The notes under the pieces were generated by a model. It was given only the letters and a program-made list of their open reading frames with translations, was not told where the DNA came from and did no database searches. The translations under genes and the position numbers were made by a program. This document shows positions 50,720 to 62,348 of a stretch of 64,000 nucleotides of DNA, piece by piece. Source of the DNA: Candidatus Latescibacterota bacterium (GTDB taxonomy: Bacteria; Latescibacterota; UBA2968; SICM01); NCBI GenBank assembly GCA_965217865.1, contig CBDCJO010000001.1, positions 544,001-608,000 on the forward strand, written 5' to 3'. Every line of letters begins with the position of its first letter. Position 1 is the first letter of the stretch.

Positions 50720-51660
50720 TTACACAAAATTAACTTCTTGAGTCAACGAGTTGTAAACGAACAGGCTTTTTGTGTTTACGCACTGGTTGTTGAAATACTC
50801 CTCTGAACAACCTACGGTGAACAGCTCCAACTGATCCAAACTCAGCCCAACCTCACTAGCAAACTTCATAATCGTAGAGCCGGTACCTGTATAATCATCA
50901 ACAAACAATACGGTTTTGCTCCACAACATCGCGGGCTCAATGTCGTCGACCTCTTTATCCAAAACTAGCACGTTACGCAATTGTTCTTTCCCTATTGCAA
51001 CAGCGAGAGAAACCCCACCCATTGCACGTGTTGCAATGTAATCGAAGTCTCTCTTTTGCACCATCTGAACAATCTGAAGAAGAGAACGTATGTGCGTAAC
51101 ACTCGGTACTACATCTATATAACTAGGCCCCTCGCCTCCTCCCGAGTACTTATATACCCCTTTGTTAACTACAAGAAGCTGACCAAAATGCTTAAATTCT
51201 TGATCATCAACTTTCGTGTATTCAGGATGACTTGCCTCATAGTTGCTGATCAATTCCTGAGTGAAATCAGCACAAGCATACCCTTCCGCCTTTGCCTTCA
51301 ATCCGTGCATTTTTGGATGGTCCCGCAAGAACCCGATGTGTTTGTGTTCTTTGAGGCCTTGAAGAACGGCATGAATGAAGCCGACCACACCTTTATCTGA
51401 GGAAATACAGCCCACATTCCCAGGGTATGATTCATCTGTACGAACCAAATAAACTCCCTTTGCTAGCACATCCACCATTGAGCAACTCCCCAAGCACCAT
51501 CAGATTTTTAGCATGATCTGCGGTCCATTGAAGTTCAATAAACCTTTCGGAGCCTTGAGTACTCATAATTTTCTCAAGTATTGCTGTGATTATTTCAAGG
51601 TCTACACGATACTCGACCCCCCACTTTGCGGGTGCGATCAAATTCGACAGCAGCCGTACT
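50720..51660 (-). pseudogene. Low-GC protein with C-terminal PRTase domain; frameshifted and 5'-truncated
   Basis: PRPP motif LFVDDYTGTGST; the frame continues upstream across a G-run near 51490 to the IS1380 fragment. Confidence 0.6.
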
Positions 51661-52092
51661 ATTGCACTAGTCCTAAAATAAGCGAATAGGCTTGTTGAGC
51701 GGTGTGTTATACAAGATTTCGGAGCATTTCAGACTTGTGACTTGGTGGAGATGATGTCTGGGCTGTTTTTGTGATTGTTTCGGCATGCGATTGTCTAATT
51801 AACTGAGTTTGCGGACGTGTTTTAGCCGGGGTGGACGGACTTGTCCCTGTGATGTTACGACGACAGGTGCTGACATGGCAGTCAGGCCGGTTTGAGCCAT
51901 CTGATTCTGTTCCAGGCCGGGAAGAAGTCAGTCATCCACCGGTTGTAGCCCAAGACACGATAGATGATCTGTCTTCCCCGGGTCACGATCTGGCAAGGGA
52001 TCCAGATCAGATTCTGGAGGAAGGCGCGAAACTCCATTCTCAGAAGTTGATCGCGACGCTCACGCTTTCGGATCATCAACGCGAACCAGGCT
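51661..52092 (-). repeat. 432-bp inverted copy of the IS1380 3' end (61928-62359)
   Basis: Identical by eye to the reverse complement of 61928-62359, including ACTAGT and 5 bp of flank. Confidence 0.93.
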
Positions 52093-52117
52093 CTTGCCCG
52101 ATGGGCTTTCTTCAGAC

Positions 52118-52303
52118 TCATCTCCGCTGCTGTTTTGCACCCACCTCGTCCATTTCCGACAGCCTGAAGCGCAACAACCGTCCCACCCGGCGAGCTGGAA
52201 AGCCTTTCGCGTCGACCCAGCGGTAAATGGACTCCTTGGTCACCTGTAGATGCGCGGCGACCTCAGCGATACTGACCCAGCCTTCTTCAGTTGCCATCTT
52301 CAC
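52118..52303 (-). CDS. Excisionase-like HTH_17 DNA-binding protein (C-terminus probably damaged)
   Basis: WVSIAEVAAHLQVTKESIYRW...PARRVGRLLRFRLSE. Confidence 0.85.
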   Translation of the reverse strand: MKMATEEGWVSIAEVAAHLQVTKESIYRWVDAKGFPARRVGRLLRFRLSEMDEVGAKQQRR

Positions 52304-52431
52304 CGGACTCCTGCTTGAAGAAAGCCCATTAGAGATAATAAAAATATATGAAAATTAGCTTCCGTAGGTCAATCGAAAACCTTGCCATGACCAGGATGAG
52401 CCGCTGCGGTGATGGAGGGGGGTGTTGGCCG

Positions 52432-52730
52432 CTACTCCGGCCAGCAGCCGGACACGATCCGGCGCCGTTTGATGTGAATCACCTCGACCGTGTAGACCCA
52501 GGCGAGCTCGCGGGCGCCGTTCACCGTGGCGGGCACCAGCACCCGCCGGTAGAGGCTGGAACCGCCCGGGCGGAAGCCCTCCAGGCGGTCGATGGCGAGC
52601 ATGCGGGATTCGGGGGTCGTCGAAGGAGAGCAGCTCCCCGTACACGGCGCCCCAAGCGCCCACTGTGGGCGTTTCACGCGCGGGTCCGGAGGGCCCCCCC
52701 CCCATGGGCGGACAGACGCGCCTGTGTGGC
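52432..52730 (-). pseudogene. Gamma-glutamylcyclotransferase-like fragment
   Basis: VYGELLSFDD (frameshift) IDRLEGFRPGGSSLYRRVLV...AWVY. Confidence 0.7.
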
Positions 52731-52749
52731 CACGTCGGCGAGCGGGTCG

Positions 52750-53192
52750 GTAGGCGTGTAGTAGAAGTGGACGTTTGGGTGTTTCGGCAACCAGCGGTCG
52801 ATCTTGGGCTTGTGGGTGTTCAGGTTGTCCAGGATGACGTGAATTTCCTGATCCGGGTAAGTCCGCGATGAGTTCGTTCATAAAGCTCAGAAACTGCCGT
52901 CGTCTGCGTCGCTTGAAGTGACCGGTTTTGACCAGATCGGTCGCCACGTTCAGGGCGGCGAACAAGGTGGTCGTACCGTTGCGTTTATACTCGTGGTTGA
53001 AGCCCGTCAGGGCTTTGCCATTAGGGCAGTTTGAGCCATCCCTAGGCGCGTTCCAGCGCCTGGATTGCGGGCTTCTCGTCTACGCAGACAACGACGGCGT
53101 TCTCGGGCGGATCCAGATACAGGCCCACGATTGGCGGCGGCCTTTGGGACGAACTCGGGGTCCGTGCTGATACAAAAGCTCCGGCGTCTGGC
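52750..53192 (-). pseudogene. IS630-family transposase internal fragment (different element)
   Basis: STDPEF, VGLYLDPPENAVVVCVDEK, YKRNGTTTLFAAL, HVILDNLNTHK, HFYYTPT, with frameshifts and a stop. Confidence 0.85.
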
Positions 53193-53630
53193 CAGAGAGT
53201 CCAGAGCGCTGCACACTGCGGTCATGGCTCCTGGATAGTCGTTTTGGCCGTGCCGTTCGTAGGCAGTACGCAGCGACTGCCTGACTTCCTCGCCGAAATC
53301 ATCGGATGCCTCCTCGACCTGAAACTCAGATGGTCGCAGTTGTCCATCCAGGACGGTCCAGCCAAACCGTTGTGCGCATTCCAATACCTTGTCGCCGAGG
53401 TCTGGATTCATTTCCAAAAGGGCAGCGATGAGTTTCCGAATCGCCTCAGTGGGTTCGTTCGCCTTCTCGATCAGGTCGCCAACGGCATCGAGTAGTTCGC
53501 CCTTGGAAGCTCCCCCCCTCTCATGGATAGACCGCTGCTGCAGATGGGAAAGCTTCTCTACTGGGAGCCCGGACGTTGCGACAAGACCCTTGACAGCTCT
53601 TGGATGTCAACTCATTTTCAAGGCTTTCAA
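53193..53630 (-). pseudogene. Hypothetical protein 5' part, truncated
   Basis: Protein-like frame ending ...NDYPGAMTAVCSALDSL, fused to the IS630 fragment. Confidence 0.45.
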
Positions 53631-54443
53631 CTGACGTGCAAGAAGACCTTTGCCACCAGGTTTCTGGAGAACGAGTAAATACAGATGAAAACCACCGTCG
53701 ATGGTCTCTCCTTCTTCGCAGACCCTTCGGTGCAACCCCAGCAGCTTGTCCGAGAAACGCTCAACAGAGAAATCGGGGATCTCCCATGGGATACACTTCA
53801 GATAGTATACAAGTGCGCCGACATCGGTGTACTGTGTGACCGGATAGACTTCGGCTGCATGTACTACTCCGAACCCCGCTTTCTCAGAGGCTGACCGCGC
53901 ACCACTTAGATTGCCAAGCTCATTTGGCTGCGGCAGCGGTACTCCAAGCAATTGATGGATCTCCAAGTTTGTCTTATTTCCCACCTGCTCCGTGATGAGC
54001 GCTCCACCAGGCTTCAGAACTCTATATTCCTCTACGAACGTGCACATCCCGTGACGGTTCAAGAGAAGATCGAACCTCTCATTTTCGAAAGGCAATTCAC
54101 CTGGATCTGACACCTCGTAGACTTCAACTCCGAGTGGTTCCAGGCGCTTCCGAGCCACAGGGATATTAGGTGGATAGCCCTCCGTCGCACATGCGTGTCC
54201 TTCGAACGCGCAGTTCTCCAGAATCTTTCCAAAACGCTCCCCGCCTCCTGTTTCCTGATCCAAAACGACACGACTTGCTCGCAGCGCGTCTGCTGCAATT
54301 GAGGCATAGTTCCAGAAGTCAAAACCAATGTTTAACCTTCGTCCTTTTATATAAGAAAAATCCCATCCCTCAAACGGCTGCTCGTATTCACTACGAAGCC
54401 AAGCCAGGATCTCCTCGTCCCTTCTTTCTTCGGCTTTATTCAC
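53607..54443 (-). CDS. Class I SAM-dependent methyltransferase
   Basis: GTG start at 54443; FEGWDFSY, VLDQETGGGE, LPFENERFDLLLNRH, RVLKPGG, IPWEIPDFSVE. Confidence 0.88.
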   Translation of the reverse strand: MNKAEERRDEEILAWLRSEYEQPFEGWDFSYIKGRRLNIGFDFWNYASIAADALRASRVVLDQETGGGERFGKILENCAFEGHACATEGYPPNIPVARKRLEPLGVEVYEVSDPGELPFENERFDLLLNRHGMCTFVEEYRVLKPGGALITEQVGNKTNLEIHQLLGVPLPQPNELGNLSGARSASEKAGFGVVHAAEVYPVTQYTDVGALVYYLKCIPWEIPDFSVERFSDKLLGLHRRVCEEGETIDGGFHLYLLVLQKPGGKGLLARQLKALKMS

Positions 54444-54493
54444 TTTCACCTTTCCAATCGGTGCCAACGGCTCGAAATGTGGCTCTTGCTGAT

Positions 54494-56059
54494 TGTATCT
54501 ATTCTGAGATAACAAGAGAAAAGTAGATAAAGGTCCAAGCAAGATTCAGGCAGCCTTGTGGATGGTCTGGGATGTTCTTTGCCGATTGATTTCTATGCGG
54601 CGCTGCCGAGCCTCCTCCTTTCGACCTTGTCGGTGGTGAAGAATCTTTTGATGCTGGCCTTTATGCCTCTGAAGAGGCGTGACATACTGTATTGCCCCGT
54701 GATAGCGTTCGGCGTTGTAGCTGTGAATGAAGGAATCAATCAGGCCTTCCAGTTGATGGAATGTGAAGATGTCCTGGAAGCGCAGCCAGTCGTATTTGAA
54801 TGTCCGGAAAAAGGCTTCGATCCAGGCGTTGTCCGTGGGTGTTTGATATCGGGCAAACAGCTGCGAGATGCCCAGGTCCTTGAAGAATTGGGCCATCGAT
54901 TTGGCCTTCATCTGAGATCCGTGATCTGAGAGGGCTGTCAAGCTTATGGGCCCAGTGTCCAGGTCCAGCAGTCCTTCGTTGGCAAGGGCTTGATCCCAGG
55001 CCTGTTTGACCTGCTCCACGGTCGCGTTGAAGGAGAGCTTCCATCCTACGATCTTCCTGGAATACACGTCGAGAATGGCGGTAAAATACAGGAACAAACC
55101 GAAAAATGGGATGTAGGTCAGGTCCCAGCTCCAGACCTGATTAGGACCTTCAGGTTTGACCTGGGGCTTGCTCTGCTTGACCGGCGTCCTCACCTGTTTC
55201 CTGCGTGCCAGACGTTCTTTCCTGGCCTGTCGGTAGAAGCTGGAGGCCGAGGCCTGCACTACCCCCTTCTCTGAGGCTACCACCGCCAGCTGATGGGGAG
55301 GCAGATCGGCATAGGTCTCATCCCTTAAGAGGGCCGGGATTTGCTCTTTCTCCTCCCTCAGCAATCCGTGTGGGGCCTCATCAGGAGCGGGCCCGGGCTT
55401 CCCATCCAAAAGCGGGTCCGACACCCCATCCAGCTTCTCTTCTCGATCTCGCCGGCTCCAGGCACAATACCGCTGGAGGGGAAGCTGTAGGATCTCGCAA
55501 GAACGGGTGAGTTTCACCCCTTTCTCCTTGGCCCGATGGACCATTAAGAGGATCTCGCGTTTGACCTCAGCTTGCACCCGGTGGCCCTTGATCGGGCCTG
55601 TCAGATCCCATTCACACTTTTTTTTAGCAGGGAAAGTTCCACAGATTGCTCAATGATCGTTTGCTCCAGGCGTGCCCGCTCTTTGCGCAGCTGCTCCACC
55701 TCCTCAGCCGATACCATCGGCTTGCGGCTCCGGCGACCCTTGAACTCCTTGAGGGCCCCGGACTTGACCGACTCACGAATACGCTTTAGATCCGAGGAAT
55801 GAATGCCCCATTTCCGCAGCACCTGTGCAATGGGAACATCTCCCCGGCTGGCTTCAAGGAAAATCTCATACTTCTGTTCCGGGGACAAGCTCCTGCGCTT
55901 CTTGACCGGGTCACTGTTTGAGGACAGTTGCTCCATCTTTACTCCTCCTGTGAGGTCAGGGATATCCCAAAATATGTATCCCTTCTCAACCCTACAGGCA
56001 ACCAGGATCTTGCTTCGACCTTGCCCCCGTTTTTTCGGGCGATCTCAGACAAAAGATAC
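54494..56059 (-). mobile_element. IS3-family element, complete, copy 2 (inverted relative to copy 1)
   Basis: Same length and identical proteins to 43064-44629; two SNPs noticed; target duplication TGAT (54490-54493, 56060-56063). Confidence 0.93.
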
Positions 56060-56159
56060 TGATCACAAACCATGAGGCGAAGGTTATAACGGCCTCAATT
56101 CATTCAAGTGCTTGTTGCACAGCCCTCCGTACGACTCTCCTCTTGTCGTTAGCAACAGT

Positions 56160-56303
56160 CTATACTGCCGCCAGGGCGTCGGGGGTGCCGATTTTACCCA
56201 AGGCATACACCGCCTGAGCGCGCGGGCCCTTTCGGTCATCCTTCAGACTGGACGCAAGGAAAGGCACTGCTCTTTCCTCACGAAAAGCTGCAAAGGCGTG
56301 AGT
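56160..56303 (-). pseudogene. HEAT-repeat (PBS-lyase-like) fragment
   Basis: ERAVPFLASSLKDD...RAQAVYALGKIGTPDA. Confidence 0.6.
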
Positions 56304-56520
56304 GGCGATGGCGGAGAGAGACCGGTAGCGGCGTCCCTCGAACGCGAAGCCGTCATCGAGCACCTGGACCACGAGGTCGCGGCCCTGGAAGGCGCGCACC
56401 AGAAGCGTCCCCGGCAGGGGCAGCCACCGGTCCCGCGAGGGCGACAGGCGATCCGCTTGCGCAGGAACGCCTTGTGGTACGAGCGGGTCTCCTCCCCGAA
56501 GACCTTGATGTACTTCTCTC
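56303..56520 (-). pseudogene. DUF2924 fragment (serine-recombinase ICE module gene)
   Basis: VFGEETRSYHKAFLRKRIA and LPGTLLVRAFQG...GFAFEGRRYRSLSAIA. Confidence 0.8.
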
Positions 56521-57399
56521 CAAGGGGATGCTTGCCGGAGGAATTTCCGAAACGTCGAAACCGGCCGTCCGGATGCAACCAAGCTGTTAAATAAGGCCGA
56601 CTGAAAAAACAGAGAATCAGAGAATCCGGAGGAGGTATCTCTGCTCAGCGGGCGCACCCCCCACGGTTGCGCTCGAACATCTGAGGGAGCGCTTCGAAAC
56701 AGAGAACCGGCAGCGAGGGGAGGAGGTGGCCCAAGTGTTTGTGAATACGGCAGAAACGACAAGACCCCGAAGGGTTGCCCCACGGGGTCTTGCGTTAACG
56801 GACGACCGCCGAAGTTGGCGGATGGGAATATGGCTCCCCATATGATCCTCTCCCCGGAACCATTCTCTGTTCATCAGTCGTAACTTGCTGTATTGAAAGG
56901 AGCTATCGCAATTACGCCCGCGCCGCAGACGCGGAAGACAGCGTCAAGACGACTTCCGCCCTTCAGGTCAAAACAGCCACTTCTCCGACATGGGATCAGG
57001 ATATCCGGGTCGTCGTTACCCACGCTGTTCAGAGGGAGAGGGGATTCGATCGAAAACAGGGTTAAAGTTCGGGAATGACTTGCTCAGGCGTTCGGGGGAA
57101 TGCCGGGTCAGCAAATTCTTATAGGCCGGCTCGACTTTCTCGCTGTTCTGAAATTCATGCCACTCCGCTAGGATCTTGCCTTCTGGAAAGTCCTTGAATC
57201 CAGGGGCTACACCCATCAGTATCTCCCTGGGCTACTTCTTCGGGTGTCGATTGAAGAACGGCAGGCACTTCGCTCGGGGGGACATAGGGACGTCGGGCGT
57301 TGTCAGAGGCAGCGATGTCCGAACACCATGCCAGCATGGAATAAAGCACGGCAAAGCATAATAGAAACCGGAAGACAACTGGGAGATTCCCGGCATTCA

Positions 57400-57897
57400 T
57401 CATCGGACTACGGCCTCCTTTCTCAGAACAGAACCGTCTGGCTGAGACACTAAAAAGATCCACGTACCAACCCTCAGAGGTGGATAAAACTCTAAGATGT
57501 GGTCCCGATTCCATTCAGGATTCAGGTATCTCACTATTCCGGGACATGGTCCTGCATGGAGATTGTGTTTTCCCCATAGGCTCACTTTGTACCCGACCAG
57601 ATCAATTCTCGTCGTGTCAATATGAGAAAACATCCCACATCCAGAGCCCTCCCCGCCATAAAATCGTACGTGCATGGTATCAGAGACCGCCAACGGGGAT
57701 GTAGTTTTCACCAGTAAGGTTCGGAATGTACCTCGTAGGGGATCAAAGACCCTCAAGGGGGATCCAACCGACACGCTGTCAACATGGATTTGATAAATCC
57801 GATAAGCAGGGTCCGGTTTATCCGAGTTAAAAGGGTTAAGGCCGCAGGACACCATCAGAAAGGTCAATGAGACAAGGACCGGGATTTTTCGTCGCAT
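57400..57897 (-). CDS. Putative lipoprotein, copy 2
   Basis: MRRKIPVLVSLTFLMVSC lipobox; paralog of 41208-41627 with insertions. Confidence 0.75.
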   Translation of the reverse strand: MRRKIPVLVSLTFLMVSCGLNPFNSDKPDPAYRIYQIHVDSVSVGSPLRVFDPLRGTFRTLLVKTTSPLAVSDTMHVRFYGGEGSGCGMFSHIDTTRIDLVGYKVSLWGKHNLHAGPCPGIVRYLNPEWNRDHILEFYPPLRVGTWIFLVSQPDGSVLRKEAVVR

Positions 57898-58009
57898 GAC
57901 CGATGCTCCTTTCCCCTCCCTTTCATGGATATCTGAACCATCCAAAACGCCGCCACGCCGGAAACACCCCTCTGCTGATTTTCTTAACGGCGGGCCGATT
58001 CAAGGCTAA

Positions 58010-58120
58010 CTCTAACATCTGCCGCTTGAACTCTGGCGGATACGGCGGATGTGTCCTCGGCATCGTGGCATCCTCCTTTCTGCCAAGTAATAAGGTATCC
58101 ACGAAACCGGGTCAAGTCCA
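58010..58120 (-). pseudogene. IS3-family left end plus orfA stub
   Basis: TGGACTTGACCCGGTTTCGTGGATACC end, RBS, MPRTHPPYPPEFKRQMLEL. Confidence 0.7.
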
Positions 58121-58985
58121 ATCCAAAAAAAAGCCTCCGAGCTCCTGGGGATCCCCCTGAGCCAGCTCGACGAAGACGACAGCGGTTGATACAGGCCGCA
58201 GAGGAGCTCTCCCGCAAAGTTGGGGTGGCGCCTGCCTGTGATACGCTGTCGGTGTCTCGGGCAAGTCTGTATCGTTGGCGGCAGGCCCCCACCACACGGG
58301 TAAAGCGCAGGTCGCATCGGGCCCTGGCCCCTCCCGAACAGCAGGCTGTCTTGGATCTGTTGCACTGCGAACGGTTTATGGATAAAGCCCCTCCTCAGGT
58401 CTGGGCCGAGTTGCTGGATGAAGGCCTGTATTTCTGCTCACTCAGCACGATGTATCGCATCCTGAAGGCACACGAGGAAGTCCGGGAACGCCGAAACCAG
58501 CTCGGACATCCGAACCATCCAGCGCCTCGCCTGGTGGCAACGGCGCCTAACCAGGTGTGGTCTTGGGATATCACGAAGCTGCTGGGGCCTGTCAAGTGGA
58601 CGTTCTACTATCTCTACGTGCTCCTGGACATCTACAGCCGCTATGTCGTCGGCTGGATGGTCGCGCGCCTGGAAAAAGAGGCGCTGGCCAGGCGCCTCAT
58701 CGAGGAGAGTTGTAAAAAACAAGACGTTGTGCCGGGCCAATTGACCCTACACGCTGACCGGGGCGCTTCGATGACCAGCAAACCCGTGGCACTCCTGCTG
58801 GCCGATCTGGGGCTGACCAAATCGCACTCACGACCGCACGTGTCGAACGACAACCCCTACTCCGAGGCGCAGTTCAAGACCTTGAAGTATCGCCCGGACT
58901 TCCCGGAACGCTTCGGGGGGCTTGCACACGCCCGTTCATTTTGCCATGAGTTCTTCACCTGTTACAACACAGGGCATCGCCACTT
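58121..58985 (+). pseudogene. IS3-family orfB transposase fragment (third IS3 type)
   Basis: PNQVWSWDITKL, LDIYSRYVVGW, HADRG, SRPHVSNDNPYSEAQFKTLKY; both ends missing. Confidence 0.88.
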
Positions 58986-59039
58986 TCTGGTCTCTTTGAT
59001 GATGGGATCCGGCGTCACCATGCTCGAAGCTTCGGTGTA

Positions 59040-59735
59040 GTCCCGCAGGTTGCGTGGTACCGCGGTCCGTTCATGCCGCTGTTTCAGACCGACTTCCGCA
59101 ACGGCGTCGCAGCGCTCAACCGCTTGCTCAACCATGCCGCGCGCATCCGTGTGCGCACCCTGGCACGTCTCGGTCCGATGCACTTACCTCTCGAAGACGA
59201 CGCTGTTGGTTCATACCAGGCCGAACTTGAGATTTCTGGCGCGCGCCAAATCTACGTCGGCGATGACCACGTGTGGCTTTGGTACCGCGGAACAGGAGTC
59301 GGGCCATACCCATGCTTCAGTGCACTACAGGCGCTGGAGCGAGTGTGCGACCAACTGATCAAGAGCGACCTACCGTGGTTTCGATACTACTCAATGGCTG
59401 CGAGAGCCTCGCGATGGTCGGCCTCGTCGTCGGACTCCTCGTCCGGCATCTTGAGAGCGCAGGCCATCTACTGGACCCCTACCTAACTGAACCGGTGATC
59501 TGGCACCAAGAGTTCGGGCGAGTCGTAAAAGAAAGCGGCGGATTCGCGGCGGGCTCCGAAGAACTCGTGGCGCCAGAGCGCCGAAACTGGTCTCTACGCG
59601 AGGCAGCTAGGTTCATGGCCGTACGAGCCAATGCCGAACGCGCCGTGGAGCTACGCGCGCTCGGTGAGAACCTCGTTGCAAACGCGCGTCGCCACATCGA
59701 GTCGACACGCGACGACGAACCACAGGAAGCGGAGG
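59040..59735 (+). pseudogene. Internal fragment of a large putative STAND/Avs-like protein
   Basis: GDDHVWLWYRGTGVGPYPCFSALQALERVCD, frameshift, GCESLAMVGLVVGLLVRH; family call from memory only. Confidence 0.4.
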
Positions 59736-59739
59736 CGAC

Positions 59740-60351
59740 ACTGCGGTCGAGCATGCGTGCGATCAAAGTCCGGGTTTTCCCGGTGCCGGGGCCCGCCTCT
59801 ATCAGATGCGGACCAGACTCCGCTTCGGCTGCGACCCTTTGCGACGCATCCGGCGCAGGCACCTCGAGAGACGGCGTGGTGTAGACTTGCAATTCGGGTA
59901 CGAGAAGCGCCCGCGCAAGTTGCTGGTGCACCAATCCGATCTGAACACCAAGACGCTTCGCGATATCCGCCGCAGAGATTCCTTCTTCGGAAAACAATCG
60001 CCGTGCTTCACTGCTTGGCAGAAGGAACTCTCGCGCAAAGACATTGGCCTGGCATTCCCTGCGTTCGCGCGGCCCATAACCCTCTACTCGTTGAATGCCC
60101 AGCGGGATCCGTTCCTCGGGCATCGTAACGTCGATGTCGGATACGCTACAGGCGCCCGTTGTGCTGTCCAGAAAGTGATGACCGAACTCGTGCGCCTGGT
60201 AGAAGGCCGCTTCTTCCGCGCTGACGCCTTTCTTGTAGAAAATCCCAGACACCAATGAGTCGAGGACAGCTTCGGCTTCGCTCAAGACCGGATCGTCATC
60301 TGGAACGGGTTGACGCACGATGCCTGTTATTGCGGTCGCCCCGTCAAGCAA
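59740..60351 (-). pseudogene. ImmA/IrrE peptidase-UvrD helicase fusion, N-terminal fragment
   Basis: AHEFGHH (HExxH), ECQANVFAREFLLP, HTH-like segment, then DASQ...IEAGPGTGKTRTLIAR (UvrD motif I) and truncation. Confidence 0.82.
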
Positions 60352-60415
60352 CTCACGTGATCGGATTTGGAGATACTGTCAAGTTAAGTGTAATTGGGTG
60401 ATAATCCCCGGATGA

Positions 60416-60515
60416 CTAGTACTTAGCTGCGCAAGTTTATGCGTGCAAATCCGCCCTTAACATCCTGTTTTTGCAAGGAAATCAGATTACGAGAATTTCC
60501 GCAGGTTGGTACTAG
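60416..60515. mobile_element. About 100-bp MITE-like element bounded by CTAG
   Basis: Imperfect terminal IRs CTAGTACTTAGCTGCGCAA / TTCCGCAGGTTGGTACTAG, no ORF. Confidence 0.6.
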
Positions 60516-60516
60516 T

Positions 60517-62348
60517 CCCTATACAAGCGTGAATTTTTCTTGGTTTTAGTAGAAAAAAGTTGAAAATGCCCCAGTTTTCAGGCCTATAGTTGTAGTGTGA
60601 AAGACAAAAAGAGGCCATCAAAAGGGGCATTTCAGATGAGAGAATATAGGAAGATTCTTCGGAACAGGGAAGCACGAATTGTCCGTCGTTTGCGTCGGAA
60701 GCAGTGGTGCAGTCAGGTCAAGCCTATGATGTCTGGGGGAAACATCCACTACGAGATAAGTGGGAAGGCCGAGGCGATCACGTGTGGGGGGATCGGCGCG
60801 TTTCACCACATGGTCCGCAGGGTTGGGCTGGTGAAAGAGATTGACCGTCATCTTCATCTTTTGAAAGTGCATTTGCCCTGTCACGAATCAGACCACGTTC
60901 TGAACATCGCCTACAATGCGCTGGTTGGTGGTCAACGCCTTGAAGACATTGAGCTGCGCCGGCAGGATGCCACGTTCCTGAACGCTTTGGGCGCTCAGCG
61001 TCTCCCGGATCCGGCCACAGCAGGCGACTTTACACGTCGTTTCCGGCCATCGGATATCGAGACGTTGATGGATTGCATCAACCGGGTGCGCACCCGGATC
61101 TGGAAAAAGCGCGCCAGGGGCGAACTCAAAGAAGCCCTCATCGACATCGACGGCACCCTGGCCACCACCCTCGGAGAACGCAAGCAGGGCATGGCCCTGT
61201 CATACAACGGTATCTGGGGATACCATCCTCTCGTGGTCTCTCTGGCGAACACCAGGGAGGTGTTGTTTCTTGTGAATCGACCCGGCAATGTGCCCAGCCA
61301 CGACGGTGCCGTAAAGTGGATCGATCGCGCCATCGCGCTGGTCGCCCCTTTCGCCAAACGCATCTGCCTGCGCGGAGACACCGGCTTCTCACTCACCCGG
61401 CACTTCGATCGTTGGTCGGAAAAGGTCGACTTCGTCTTCGGCATGGATGCTTACCGGGGATTGGTCAAGATCGCCAAATCCCTGTCACAGAGCGATTGGG
61501 AGCCCTTTGAACGACAACCCAAATACCAGGTCAAAACCTCCCAGAGACAGAAACGCGAGAACGTGAAAGCCCGGATCATCCGGGAGCGCGGCTTCAAAAA
61601 CATCCGACTTGCCAGTGAACGTGTTGCCGGGGTTTCGTATCGTCCTGCTCGATGCAGGAAGACCTGTCGACTCGTGATCCTCGAAAAGAACCTGAGCGTC
61701 GAACGCGGCGAAAACGCCCTGTTCGATGACAAGCGCTGTTTCTTCTACATTACCACCCGAAAAGATCTTACGGCCGCGGAAATCGTGAGGCTGGCCAATC
61801 GACGGTGCGATCAGGAAAACGTGATTGAACAACTCAAGAACGGGGTCAACGCCATGCGGATGCCCGTCGACAACCTGATGAGCAACTGGGCTTACATGGT
61901 CATGACCGCCCTGGCGTGGAACCTCAAAGCCTGGTTCGCGTTGATGATCCGAAAGCGTGAGCGTCGCGATCAACTTCTGAGAATGGAGTTTCGCGCCTTC
62001 CTCCAGAATCTGATCTGGATCCCTTGCCAGATCGTGACCCGGGGAAGACAGATCATCTATCGTGTCTTGGGCTACAACCGGTGGATGACTGACTTCTTCC
62101 CGGCCTGGAACAGAATCAGATGGCTCAAACCGGCCTGACTGCCATGTCAGCACCTGTCGTCGTAACATCACAGGGACAAGTCCGTCCACCCCGGCTAAAA
62201 CACGTCCGCAAACTCAGTTAATTAGACAATCGCATGCCGAAACAATCACAAAAACAGCCCAGACATCATCTCCACCAAGTCACAAGTCTGAAATGCTCCG
62301 AAATCTTGTATAACACACCGCTCAACAAGCCTATTCGCTTATTTTAGG
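60517..62348 (+). mobile_element. IS1380-family element, complete (transposase ~60636-62138)
   Basis: IDIDGT, GYHPL, LRGDTGF, RCDQENVIEQLK, NWAYM; IRs CCTATACAAGCG / CGCTTATTTTAGG; flanked by ACTAGT on both sides. Confidence 0.92.

Noticed and set aside
43064-56059. Composite transposon bounded by the two inverted IS3 copies
   Set aside because: Each copy has its own target duplication and copy 1 splits a gene that rejoins cleanly, so the insertions are independent.
40907-57920. Diversity-generating retroelement TR/VR pair for the lipoprotein repeats
   Set aside because: Differences include large indels and non-adenine changes, both copies are coding, and no reverse transcriptase is in the window.
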